Part shown: one piece after another, positions 19,169 through 28,652 of the stretch
Layout: each line of letters opens with the position of its first letter
How positions within the stretch are numbered: position 1 is the stretch's first letter
Virus record (IMG/VR): IMGVR_UViG_2648501187_000001
Length of the DNA stretch: 64,000 nucleotides
Source of the DNA: an uncultured virus (IMG/VR IMGVR_UViG_2648501187_000001)
Taxonomy: Duplodnaviria; Heunggongvirae; Uroviricota; Caudoviricetes
Reading direction: 5' to 3' (one strand)
Translations under genes and position numbers: made by a program
The notes under the pieces: generated by a model
The model's database searches: none
The model's input: the letters and a program-made list of their open reading frames with translations, nothing else
What the model was told of the DNA's origin: nothing

Positions 19169-20115
19169 TCGCTGATCAGGCGGGCGGCCATGGTGCCGAG
19201 CTCCCTGATCACGTCGAATTCGGTGACGTCGTTGGCGGCGGCGACCCGTTGGACGGCGCGTTTCAGGTCGGGCTGCCAGACGCGCCGCCGGCTGGTCTGC
19301 GTCGGCCAGTAGAGGCGGACGGCGTCATGCATGCCGGTCCACGGATGCGGGTCGTGTTCGAGGAGTGGCGCCATGTCCTGCGGGATGGGGGCGAGCATGA
19401 GCATGCACGCGGTGTTCGCGTCGAGCCTGTCGAGCGTATGGTCCCACAGGCCCGCGTCGCGTGCGATCCGGATCGCGTCCTCGCATGTGCCGTCGGTCAC
19501 GGCGCGCATCATCTGCTCCCTGATCCGGCCGACGGGGCGCGGCACCCTGAGCGTCGGATCGCGTTCGAACGGGGCGGACGCCATGCTGCCGCCGGCCACG
19601 CTCGTGCTCGACGCGTCGTCGTACACGGGATTATGCCCGTCCTCGGTCTCGAACGCGCTCGCGCTGGGCGTCCTGGTTTTGAGCACGCGTTTCGCGTTCC
19701 ACTGGGCGAGCGGCAGGCTGATGCGCCGAACCCATCCGCAGAAGCTGGTGGGTTCGGTCGGATCCCACAGACCGTTCCAGTTCCATTGCGTGCTTTTCGA
19801 TTCGACGGGCACGCCCGTGATCTTCTCGAACACGCGGACCGTGACCCAGCGGGTCATGGTGTCCCGCTGCTCCTCGACCGGGTAGAGGCGTCGCATCTCG
19901 CCTTCCACGAGGTCGGTCTGCTGCATCCACGCGGCGGCCAGCATCCGTTCCCGGGATCCGAATTCGACGGCCCTGTCGGTCCAGTCGATGCCGCGCACAT
20001 GCCGGTCGAGCTCCTCCCTGGCGGCCGGATCGTCGGCCAGCCTGTGTTTCGGCTTCCATTCGCCCATCATGCGTCCGATCGAGGTCGCGGTCCCGTGCCG
20101 CGCATCCGCCCCCAT
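19165..20115 (-). CDS. Hypothetical protein, candidate sigma-70 region-2-like factor
   Basis: SD GAAAGGAGG before ATG 20115. The segment VTVRVFEKI...WDPTEPTSFCGWVRRISLPLAQWNAKRVLKTR resembles sigma region 2.2-2.4 (fDp...sFstWlyrIarN...d.lR). The CDS is confident; the function is speculative. Confidence 0.55.
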   Translation of the reverse strand: MGADARHGTATSIGRMMGEWKPKHRLADDPAAREELDRHVRGIDWTDRAVEFGSRERMLAAAWMQQTDLVEGEMRRLYPVEEQRDTMTRWVTVRVFEKITGVPVESKSTQWNWNGLWDPTEPTSFCGWVRRISLPLAQWNAKRVLKTRTPSASAFETEDGHNPVYDDASSTSVAGGSMASAPFERDPTLRVPRPVGRIREQMMRAVTDGTCEDAIRIARDAGLWDHTLDRLDANTACMLMLAPIPQDMAPLLEHDPHPWTGMHDAVRLYWPTQTSRRRVWQPDLKRAVQRVAAANDVTEFDVIRELGTMAARLISD

Positions 20116-20163
20116 CGGCCTCCTTTCACGCGCGCGTATGCGTTCCGGGGCATAGGGGCGGGC

Positions 20164-22533
20164 ATGTGGTTCGAACTGGTTCCCGCGCCGCGCGCGGATG
20201 AGACGGATGACGATGTGAGGTTCCAGCGTGACGCGAAGGCCATGGCCGACGCGATCGGCTTGTCGTCGCGTCCCGGATGGCTGGACTGGTGGAGGCATGA
20301 CGACGGGTGCCGTCTGGTGGCGGCCGGGGAACGCCGTTGGGTGGAGGTGTCCGACCGGTATGGGCAGAAGGCGGGCGAACTGGCGGCGCGTGCGGCGAAC
20401 GCGTCGATCCGCGCGTGCGGGCGGCCGGACGTGCTGGACCGTCCCCGCGTGTGGGCGCACGCGTTCGTGCCGATCAGCGCGTCCCTGGCGCGTACGGCGC
20501 GCGACGGGGAGCCGAGCATGGAGCGTCCCCGCCTGGATGCGGGCGAGGACACGGTGATCGTGGTGAACGTGCGCCGGCTCGGCTGGGTCGAGTCGGGCCG
20601 CCTGTCGGATTGGCTGGGCGACGAGTACAACATGCAGGCGGACACGTCGAAGCTCAGGGGCGAGGGGTTGGGCGCGTGCCGTGTGATGGCGGGCGGCGCG
20701 GATCCGCGTACGGCGATGGATCAGGCGAAGCGGGCGGCGAACGCGTTGAACCTGGGCCTGGTGCCGGGCCTGTCCTCGCATGTGAGCCGTCCCGGCCTGG
20801 GGTTCCTCCTGTGCATGCTCCTCCTGACGGCCGTGTCCGTGCCTGCCGTCATGCTCCCGCCCATGGCGCCCGGCTGGCTCATGGCCGTGCCTCTGCCCAT
20901 GCTCGCCATGACGGCGGGGGCGGCGATCCGCTGGCGTCTGGTCCATGATCCCGTGAACGACCTGGCCCAGAGGCCCCGCCATTACTGGTGGCGTGCGCGC
21001 AGACGATGGGCGCGCGCCGCCGACCTGAAGACCCGGATGGCGGGCGACGATCAGAACGCGGACGGGCCGGACCGGAAGCGCCGCGTCCACGCGTACGCGT
21101 TCCAACGGTCCACGCTGCCGTTGCCGTGCGGCGCGCTGGCCGCCCTGGCGGCCCCGTCGGGCCGGCGCAACGCGTCGGTGAGCGCGCTGACGGTCATGCC
21201 CGACCAGTTGGACGGGTGCGACGGTCCCGTCCTGGGCGTGGACGCGGAACGGCGCACGGTGCGCATGAGCGTGGACGCGTTGTACGGCGGCGTGTTCCTC
21301 ATGGGCGAGCCCGGCGGCGGGAAAAGCAACATGATGCATGGGGTGGCCGGGTGGATGGGCGGCCGGCATCGGACGGGCGACGTGCTCGTCGACTTCGAAT
21401 CGAAGGGCGTGGACGCGCAGCCCGTGCTGAAGCGTCTCATCCCGGGCCTGCTCGTCGTGGACGTGAACGATCCGGGCACGCCGATGATCGACCTGCTGGG
21501 CGCCGGGTCGAACGTGGAGCGTGCGGGCCGGTTCGCGGATCTCATGCAGGCCGCGTTGGGCGTCCAGCAGATCGGCCCCCAGTCGCGCATCCAGTTGCGT
21601 GACGCGACGTTCGTCGCCCTGGAGGGTCTGGCGGCGGCGGATCTGGGGGCGCGGTGCAACGCGTGCTCCGTTCCCGTGCCGGATGGCTGGGTCGAATATG
21701 CGGCGCGCCTTTTGGGACGTAACGGGGTGATGGATGCGCGCATGCTGGGCCGTGCGAGCGTGTTCGCGTGCGACACGCGTGGGGTGCGGGACGCGGTGGA
21801 GCGGTTGCATGGCGGCGTGTCGGACAAGGGGACGCCGAAGATCCGCGACGGGGAGCTTGCCGGCCTGCTGCGCGCGCCCATGAACAAGATGGACGTGCTC
21901 GCGTCCGCGGGCCGCGTGTTCGCGCCGTCCCGGCGCGTCCTGTCCTGGGCGTCCGTGATCCGCCGGTCCGCGCATGCGGGCGACGTGCGCATCATGGTCA
22001 ACCTGGGCGCCGCGATCCGGACGGGCGCGGACGGCCGGCATGCGGATCTGCCCGACGGGGCGCGCCGCCTGATCGGCGCGCTCCTGTTCCGCGGCCTGAA
22101 GGACGAGATCGTCGCCTCCTGCGCGGGCTGGCAGGCGCGGGGGCGCGCGGCGCGCATCCTGGTCGACGAGCTGACGGACGTGCTGGGCGCGGACGGCGAC
22201 ACGGGTGGCGGCAACGCGGACATCCTCGCCTGGCTGCGTGAGAAGGGGCGCGCGTACGGCGTGCAGCTGGTGGCGGGCACGCAGAACGCGGTCCAGTTGG
22301 AGGGCGGGCTGCTCGCCTCGGTGACCGGCCTGATGACGGTCGGCACGTTCGTGTTGCGCGCGGATCTGACGGCGGGCCCGTCCGCCGTGGCGGTCGGGTC
22401 GGATCCGGCGACGGTGCGCGGCCTGCCGTTGCACACGGTGCTGGTGCGCACGGTCGGCCCTCCCCCGGACATGGCGGGCCTGCCTCCCATGATCCTGTCC
22501 GTCCCCCATTTCGACGCGGGCGCGCCCGTGTGA
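20164..22533 (+). CDS. VirD4/TraD-like type IV coupling ATPase
   Basis: Two central TM helices; GEPGGGKS Walker A; ILVDE Walker B; REKGRAYGVQLVAGTQ. Confidence 0.75.
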   Translation: MWFELVPAPRADETDDDVRFQRDAKAMADAIGLSSRPGWLDWWRHDDGCRLVAAGERRWVEVSDRYGQKAGELAARAANASIRACGRPDVLDRPRVWAHAFVPISASLARTARDGEPSMERPRLDAGEDTVIVVNVRRLGWVESGRLSDWLGDEYNMQADTSKLRGEGLGACRVMAGGADPRTAMDQAKRAANALNLGLVPGLSSHVSRPGLGFLLCMLLLTAVSVPAVMLPPMAPGWLMAVPLPMLAMTAGAAIRWRLVHDPVNDLAQRPRHYWWRARRRWARAADLKTRMAGDDQNADGPDRKRRVHAYAFQRSTLPLPCGALAALAAPSGRRNASVSALTVMPDQLDGCDGPVLGVDAERRTVRMSVDALYGGVFLMGEPGGGKSNMMHGVAGWMGGRHRTGDVLVDFESKGVDAQPVLKRLIPGLLVVDVNDPGTPMIDLLGAGSNVERAGRFADLMQAALGVQQIGPQSRIQLRDATFVALEGLAAADLGARCNACSVPVPDGWVEYAARLLGRNGVMDARMLGRASVFACDTRGVRDAVERLHGGVSDKGTPKIRDGELAGLLRAPMNKMDVLASAGRVFAPSRRVLSWASVIRRSAHAGDVRIMVNLGAAIRTGADGRHADLPDGARRLIGALLFRGLKDEIVASCAGWQARGRAARILVDELTDVLGADGDTGGGNADILAWLREKGRAYGVQLVAGTQNAVQLEGGLLASVTGLMTVGTFVLRADLTAGPSAVAVGSDPATVRGLPLHTVLVRTVGPPPDMAGLPPMILSVPHFDAGAPV

Positions 22534-22575
22534 CGCATACCCGGGTCGCAAACCGTTGTTTTGTGTGGAAAGGAC

Positions 22576-23652
22576 ATGATGGTGAGGGTATTGGTCGATG
22601 CGAGGGAGTTCGCGAACATGGTCGCGCATGCGGCGCGCGTGCTGGAGCGCGACAACCCGTATGTCGCGTTGGATGCCGCGGATGACGGCCTGGCGATCGG
22701 CGCGGCGGGCGACAGCCAGTGGTCGCATGGCCGTGTGGACGCGACCGTCCTGGAGGCGGGTTCCGCGGTCGTGTCGGGCCTGTGGCTGAACGCGTTGGCG
22801 AACGCGATGCCGTCGGGCGAGATCGGCGTGGAGGCGGATGGCGTGTATCTGACGTTGCGTGGCGGCGAGGCGTCGCTGCGCATGCGTGTGGGCGATGAGG
22901 GGGATCGTCCGGCCGAACCGGCCGCCCCGGAGCGGATGGTGCCCGTGGATGCCGACGCGTACGCCGCGTTGTGCGGCAGCGTCGCCCCGGAGGCGGGCAG
23001 CACGAGGGACCAGCCGGTCCTCGCGTCCGTCAGGTTCGTCGCGGCCGGCGGCCTGCTGACGGCGACGGCCACGAACCGGTACATGGCCGGCCGCAGGTCC
23101 ATCCCGGTCGGCGGCGTGCCGGACGGCGAATGGCTGGCGGACGCGGATTGGGTGAAACGCAACGCGAAGGGGGTGAACGCGATCGGGTTCACGGACCGGA
23201 TGATGGTCGTGGATACGGGCGGGTTCACGGACGCGATCGTGCTGACCGCCGGACAGTATCCGATGGTGGACCGCCTGTTCGACAGGCCGGGGGATCCGGC
23301 GGGCGTGGCGGTCGTGGACAGGCGTGCCCTGATGGATGCGGCGCGCATGCTGAAAAGCGTCTGCTTCGACTCGCGCATGGGCATCATCCCGCTGATCCTG
23401 GACGAGCGGGACGGGATGCTTCGCGTCCGGTATGCGGGCGACGGGCAGGATGCGGATTCGCAGGGCGTGCGTCTCCTGGAGGCGGACATCACCGGGGATG
23501 TGGACGTGAAACTGAACGCGGATTACCTGCTGACCGTGCTTGCGGGCATGGATGCGGACAGGGTGTCGGTGGTGAAGACCCGTGAGATGAGCCCCGTCCT
23601 GTTCGAACAGGACGATTCCGCGGTGGAGCAATTGGTGACGCCCGTCCGTTAG
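22576..23652 (+). CDS. dnaN: DNA polymerase III beta sliding clamp homolog
   Basis: ~360 aa; PVLASVRF, ATATNRY, GQYP.VDRLF, LNADYLL and a terminal LVTPVR, all typical of DnaN. Confidence 0.85.
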   Translation: MMVRVLVDAREFANMVAHAARVLERDNPYVALDAADDGLAIGAAGDSQWSHGRVDATVLEAGSAVVSGLWLNALANAMPSGEIGVEADGVYLTLRGGEASLRMRVGDEGDRPAEPAAPERMVPVDADAYAALCGSVAPEAGSTRDQPVLASVRFVAAGGLLTATATNRYMAGRRSIPVGGVPDGEWLADADWVKRNAKGVNAIGFTDRMMVVDTGGFTDAIVLTAGQYPMVDRLFDRPGDPAGVAVVDRRALMDAARMLKSVCFDSRMGIIPLILDERDGMLRVRYAGDGQDADSQGVRLLEADITGDVDVKLNADYLLTVLAGMDADRVSVVKTREMSPVLFEQDDSAVEQLVTPVR

Positions 23653-23673
23653 GATTGTCCCCGACATGCGGGG

Positions 23674-23714
23674 AAAAGGGTGTCGCGTCCGTCCGGACGC
23701 GACACCTTTTTTTT
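23674..23714. terminator. Bidirectional terminator
   Basis: AAAAGGGTGTCGCGTCC GTCC GGACGCGACACCTTTTTTTT. Confidence 0.85.
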
Positions 23715-23729
23715 GTTCGGTCCGGGCCG

Positions 23730-24401
23730 TCAGGGGCGCGTGTCGTGCGCGGCGAGCATCCTGTCGGCGAGGCTGTCCCCGGCGTCGCCGAGGGCCTGCG
23801 CCCAGCGTTGCCCCAACGGCTCCCCGTCGGCCGGCCCGGGCGTGTCCGGTCCCGGTTCCGTATCGAGATCCGTCTCGATGACGGGTGCGGGGTCGTCCGG
23901 TCCGGGCGTGATTCCGGGCGTGGGCTCCGGCGTCGGAGCCGCCGAAGGCCCGGCCGGCTCCGGCGACGCGGCCTCGGCCATGGCCTGCCGGTCGAACGTG
24001 CGGCCCGCGGCGAGCACGATCATGTGCGTGGTCGCGAGCAGGGCGACCGGCGGCACGGTCATGATGACCGGCGGCACCCAGTCGGGCAGCAGCATCCCGT
24101 TGACCCGCACCGGATGCGCGTGCAGCGCGTTGCCGGCCAGGCTGATCACGCTGAACAGGACGAGCATGAGCCACGGGTACAGGGTGCCCATGCGCCGCGT
24201 CTTGAACGCCCACGCCGCCCACGTGAACGCGAGCGTCGACCCGTCGATGATGATCGGGAACATCCACGCCAGCGACGCGTTGATCCCGCACGCGAGCCCG
24301 ACGGCGCGCAACGCGTCGAAGCTGATGATGAACGCGAGCAGGGCGAGCACGACCGCGACCGTCACGCCCGGCCACATGCGCGCCTCGCGCCCCCCGTTCA
24401 C
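23730..24401 (-). CDS. DUF2637/SpdA-like membrane protein of actinobacterial mobile elements
   Basis: AFIISFDALR, AWMFPIIIDG, SLAGNALHA and VPPVALL motifs. Confidence 0.8.
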   Translation of the reverse strand: MNGGREARMWPGVTVAVVLALLAFIISFDALRAVGLACGINASLAWMFPIIIDGSTLAFTWAAWAFKTRRMGTLYPWLMLVLFSVISLAGNALHAHPVRVNGMLLPDWVPPVIMTVPPVALLATTHMIVLAAGRTFDRQAMAEAASPEPAGPSAAPTPEPTPGITPGPDDPAPVIETDLDTEPGPDTPGPADGEPLGQRWAQALGDAGDSLADRMLAAHDTRP

Positions 24402-24673
24402 ATGGCCTCCGTGAGTTCCGCCGCCACCCGGTTCAGCAGTCTCGCATGTTTGAGGTCATGGGCCTTCACGCACGTGTCGTACAGGCCGAGCGCCAGGGTG
24501 GCCGCATGCGACGGGTCCGCCGCCCGGGCGACGCGGGCCGGCTCCACGCCCGCCTCTTTGAACAGGTTCAGGGCATGACGCGCCCTCGCCCGGCGTCGAT
24601 CGTACTCGTTGTCCTCAAGCCAGGCCTCAATGACGCCGGCCAGGCGGCGCATGTCCTCGATCGTCTCGTCCAT
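24398..24673 (-). CDS. Small hypothetical protein
   Basis: SD GAAAGGGG; GCATAC box at ~24712; its stop overlaps the next start. Confidence 0.65.
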   Translation of the reverse strand: MDETIEDMRRLAGVIEAWLEDNEYDRRRARARHALNLFKEAGVEPARVARAADPSHAATLALGLYDTCVKAHDLKHARLLNRVAAELTEAM

Positions 24674-24748
24674 GGGTGGTCCCCTTTCTCGATGGTCAAC
24701 CGTCCGGCCTTGTATGCGTCCCCCGGCCCCGCGCATAGCCCGGCATTC

Positions 24749-26044
24749 ATGAAACGTCTCCTGCCCTTCCTGCTCGCCGCCGGCCCGCCGGCGCTCGTCC
24801 TGCTGCTCGCGCTCGCCATGGTGGTCGTGGGCGCGCCCGCGGGCATGACCGCCACCACCGCGGCCACCATGGCGGACATGGCCGACTGTACGGACGACAC
24901 GGACACGACGGCCGCGGCGGCGACGGGGACGACGGTCACGCCCAACGACGTGGCCGTGTCCCTCGCCAGGGCGTTCGCCAAGGCCGGGTATTCGAGGGCG
25001 AGCACGGCGGGCGTGCTCGGCGTCATCCAGTTCGAATCGGGCATGAACCCCGCGCAGGAGCAGATCGGCGAACCCGATCCCATGCTGCGCGGCTACGGGC
25101 TGAACCAGTGGACGCCGCGAAGCAAGATCCGCGACTGGATGGACGCGAACCACGTGTCGGGCGAGGATTCCGACGCGGACGTGCAGATCCGCATGCTCGT
25201 CGCCACCGCGCAGACCGATTTCAACAACCATTTCCTCGCCGCCGTCAGGGCCGAGGGGCACGAGCCCACCGACAACGACCTGCGCACATGGTGGCTGAAG
25301 GCCGACAATCCCGAGGATGCGGCCGTCGCCTGGATGGCCGGCTACGGGCGCCCCTACTGGGCGGACCGGCATGAGAAGGAACGCGAGCAGTACGCGCGCT
25401 CCTACTACGATTCGAAGGAGCTCGCCGACATCGACTTCCCGTCCGAATCGAATCCGGACGGGAAGAAGGACGCCGCCTCCCCGTCGGACACGTCGGACAC
25501 GGACGCGTCATGCGACGCGGATGCGGACGATTCGTCCGACGGGGACGCGAAATACGGGGATGTGGGCGGCGCTCCCACGAACACGCATGACTTCGGCTGG
25601 ATGTGCGCCACGAAGCTGAAGATCTGCCATGCCGGGGACATGGGCGCCCCTCCCCTCGACTGGCAGGCCATGGGCGACTACCAGTGCTACTGGTATTGGC
25701 TGGCCCGCTCCTGGCTGGTGCATGACGGGGACGTCATCAACCCGCACACGGCGAACGGCGGGCAACTGTCCGACTGGGCGGCGGGCACGAAGGGGTGGAC
25801 GCGTTCCGACGAGCCCAGGCCGGGCGCGGGCGTCTGCTTCTGGGGCGGCGGCAACAACCACGTCGCGTTCGTGGAGAAGGTGGACAAGGATCCGTCCGGC
25901 TGGAAGATCATGATCAGCGAGGGCAACTTCAACGACGGGGGCGCGGGCCTGTGGACCAGCTACAACGCGCGCTGGCTGACGAAAGGCGAATACGCGGCCG
26001 CCTCCGGCAACGGGTTCTTCTGGAAGGACAGCTGGAAGCTCTAG
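24749..26044 (+). CDS. Conjugative peptidoglycan hydrolase (phage-tail lysozyme + CHAP), VirB1-like
   Basis: TAGVLGVIQFES, GYGLNQWT, YQCYWY, HVAFVE and ISEGN motifs; N-terminal TM. Confidence 0.88.
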   Translation: MKRLLPFLLAAGPPALVLLLALAMVVVGAPAGMTATTAATMADMADCTDDTDTTAAAATGTTVTPNDVAVSLARAFAKAGYSRASTAGVLGVIQFESGMNPAQEQIGEPDPMLRGYGLNQWTPRSKIRDWMDANHVSGEDSDADVQIRMLVATAQTDFNNHFLAAVRAEGHEPTDNDLRTWWLKADNPEDAAVAWMAGYGRPYWADRHEKEREQYARSYYDSKELADIDFPSESNPDGKKDAASPSDTSDTDASCDADADDSSDGDAKYGDVGGAPTNTHDFGWMCATKLKICHAGDMGAPPLDWQAMGDYQCYWYWLARSWLVHDGDVINPHTANGGQLSDWAAGTKGWTRSDEPRPGAGVCFWGGGNNHVAFVEKVDKDPSGWKIMISEGNFNDGGAGLWTSYNARWLTKGEYAAASGNGFFWKDSWKL

Positions 26045-26964
26045 CAGTAGCCCGGGTTCTGGCAGGACTGGCCGTCGCCGACCCGCACGGGGATGCTCCC
26101 CCACAGGCTCATGTCCACGTTTTCGTCGGCCATGAACCGGGTTTCGGGCGGGATGACGGTCAGCCCGTCGCCGGTCAGCGCCCCCCAGTCGGGTTCGCCC
26201 CTCACGGGGATGCCGACCCTTCCCCGGCCGTTCATCCGGTCGCCGATGCCCGTGTCCCATACGCCGAGCCACGGGTCGATCCACCAGGGGTCGGCCTGCC
26301 GGTGGCGGATCCCCGTGATCCGCCCGTCCCGGACCGTGAGCCTGTCGTCCACCGGATAGTCGATCCAGGTGGGCGTGATCCCCCACCAGTCGTCCACGTG
26401 CAACGTGTTCGGGTTCTGGTTGCCGGCCAGGTACATGAAGCGGACGGTGCCGGTCACGCGTACGCCCGTCCCGTCCGCGGCCGCGTGGGGCCCGTCCGTC
26501 CACCGGCTCCCGTACCCCCAGGCGATGCGGGCGAGCCATGCGGCCGCGTCGAGCCCGTCCGCGCACCAGGCGCGTTCGCCCGTGTCGCCGACCTGGTCGA
26601 GCCGCCGGTAGGCGCGGCATGCGGGGTTGGCGGCGTGCGGGCCCGCGTCCGCCTGGCGGGCGGGCAGGTTCTCGCCCGTGGCCGGATCGTCCGCGGGCGG
26701 CGTGCCGTGCAGTGAGGCGAGCACGCTTCCCGCGTCCTTTCGCGCGAGCGTGTCGGCGCGGATGGTGCTGTCGGCGCCCCATTCGCGCAGGCGTCTCTCG
26801 AACGCCGCGGCGTGTTCGACGGTCTTCGCGTCGGGCGCGGCCGTCACGGCCTGCGGTTTCGTCCCGGTCTTCCCCGTGTCGGTCTCCTGCCGCGCGCATC
26901 CGGCGGTCAGGATGACGCCGGCGAGCGTGGCGACGGCTATGAGGGTGCGCGATTGTGGTCTCAT
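26041..26964 (-). CDS. Putative lipoprotein
   Basis: Signal peptide with lipobox LTAGC. Confidence 0.7.
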   Translation of the reverse strand: MRPQSRTLIAVATLAGVILTAGCARQETDTGKTGTKPQAVTAAPDAKTVEHAAAFERRLREWGADSTIRADTLARKDAGSVLASLHGTPPADDPATGENLPARQADAGPHAANPACRAYRRLDQVGDTGERAWCADGLDAAAWLARIAWGYGSRWTDGPHAAADGTGVRVTGTVRFMYLAGNQNPNTLHVDDWWGITPTWIDYPVDDRLTVRDGRITGIRHRQADPWWIDPWLGVWDTGIGDRMNGRGRVGIPVRGEPDWGALTGDGLTVIPPETRFMADENVDMSLWGSIPVRVGDGQSCQNPGYC

Positions 26965-26999
26965 GCGCGACGCCTATGCGCGCATAGGCGTCGCGCATG
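26962..26999. promoter_or_regulatory. Perfect 38-bp palindrome spanning two divergent start codons, with two GCATAG boxes
   Basis: CATGCGCGACGCCTATGCG|CGCATAGGCGTCGCGCATG. Confidence 0.8.
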
Positions 27000-28376
27000 C
27001 CGTTCAATCCTTTCGCCGCCGGTCCCGCCGAACCCGTCGCGGAGCCGTCGCCGGCGGAGCCGGCCGATGGGGGCGCGACGCGGGAATCCGACGTCGACGA
27101 CGGCTGGTGGGATTTCGGGAGCGGACCGGATGCGGCGGACGCGACGCCGGACCCCGATCCGGCGGACGCCGCGGCGGACGACGGCCGGCGGGATGCGGAC
27201 GGGAGGGGCGGGCAATCCGAAGACGCGCCCGATCCCATGCCGGACGACGGGGCGGACGACGACTGGTGGGGCATGGCCTCCGATGCGGGAGGGGACGACG
27301 CGCCCCCGGCCCGGACGGCGCGGGACCCCGCCGGACCCGCCGCCCATGCGGGCGACGACACGGATGCGGACGACGACTGGTGGGGCATGGCCGGCGGGGA
27401 GGCCATGCCGGGTCCGCCGGCCGGGATCCCGGCGCGCACGGGGACGGACGAGACCCCCGGCATGGACGCGGACGACGACTGGTGGGGCATGGCCGGCGGG
27501 GACGGGCCGCGATCCGACGACGCCGATCCGACGCCGCGGCTCGTCAGCGTGCCCGGCACCAGCGTGCGCATCCCCGCGGACTTCGACTGGGGCACCGACA
27601 CCCCCGCGGCCGGGCCGGCCGCCGGCGTGCGGGAGCCCGCCCCGGCCCCCGCACGCCGGCCCGGCCCGTCGCGCCGCATCCTCATCGCCGCCACGGCCGC
27701 CATCCTCGCCCTCGCCCTCCTGGCGGGCGGCGTCGTCGCGGCGCGCACGCTCATCGCCTCCGACCGGCAGCGGAAGGCCCACGACGAGGCGTGCGCGACG
27801 CTCACCGCGCAGGCCGGAACATGGGACGGGCTCGCACGGCAGGCGAAGACGCTCGGCGTGAAACCCGGCGACGGGCCCGACACGTCCTGCAAGGCGGACA
27901 CGGACACGCTCAAGGCCCGGGCCCGCACGCTCAAGGCCCGGGCCCGCACCCTCGCCAGGGCGAACCGGAACGCGCTGGACGCCGCATGGGAAAACCTGTC
28001 CGGCCGGATCGCGGCAAGCCGCAAGAACCATCCGAAGGCCGGCGGGCAGACGCTCGCCGCGCTCGAAACGCTCGCCGAGACCGCGCCCGAGGACGCGGAC
28101 GGCCTGGCCGCGAAGGAACGCGAATTCGAACGGCTCGACAAGCAGGCCGGACGGGAGCAGCAGCAGGCCGAACAGGAGGAGAAGGCGGAGGCCGAGGCGA
28201 AACGGAAGGCCGAACGGGAGGCCGAGGCGCGACGGGAGGCCGAGGCGCAGGACACGCCCCAGGCCGCCGCCCCCACGCCGACGCCCATGCCGCAGACCAC
28301 CCCCACGCCGGCCCCGCAGCCCACGCCGACACCCACACCCACACCGGCGCCCGGCAACGCGGACGCCAGCATGTGA
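26997..28376 (+). CDS. Membrane-anchored protein: acidic DDDWWGM repeats, TM, coiled coil, PT-rich tail
   Basis: Three DDDWWGMA repeats plus a DDGWWDF variant; single TM; TLKARAR duplication. Confidence 0.75.
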   Translation: MPFNPFAAGPAEPVAEPSPAEPADGGATRESDVDDGWWDFGSGPDAADATPDPDPADAAADDGRRDADGRGGQSEDAPDPMPDDGADDDWWGMASDAGGDDAPPARTARDPAGPAAHAGDDTDADDDWWGMAGGEAMPGPPAGIPARTGTDETPGMDADDDWWGMAGGDGPRSDDADPTPRLVSVPGTSVRIPADFDWGTDTPAAGPAAGVREPAPAPARRPGPSRRILIAATAAILALALLAGGVVAARTLIASDRQRKAHDEACATLTAQAGTWDGLARQAKTLGVKPGDGPDTSCKADTDTLKARARTLKARARTLARANRNALDAAWENLSGRIAASRKNHPKAGGQTLAALETLAETAPEDADGLAAKEREFERLDKQAGREQQQAEQEEKAEAEAKRKAEREAEARREAEAQDTPQAAAPTPTPMPQTTPTPAPQPTPTPTPTPAPGNADASM

Positions 28377-28391
28377 CGCATACCCGACCCC

Positions 28392-28652
28392 ATGAACGAC
28401 GCATACGAACGACTCACCATCGGCCAGGCGCAGACCCTGGCCCGCATCATCGACGGCCTGCGCGACCACGGGTTCGACCCCGACGGGCAGGGCATCCACA
28501 CGCCCAACCTGCACGTCGAACCCGGGGACGGGACACGCGTCAACTGGTGGCTCGACGGCGACACGGCGTTCGCCAACGGCAGCATGGACGCGCAGGGGCA
28601 CGGCGTATGGTGGACGCGCCGCGCCTACGCGCCCACCCTGCGACGCTCCTAA
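28392..28652 (+). CDS. Small hypothetical protein
   Basis: GCATAC box 8 nt before the ATG. Confidence 0.7.
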   Translation: MNDAYERLTIGQAQTLARIIDGLRDHGFDPDGQGIHTPNLHVEPGDGTRVNWWLDGDTAFANGSMDAQGHGVWWTRRAYAPTLRRS

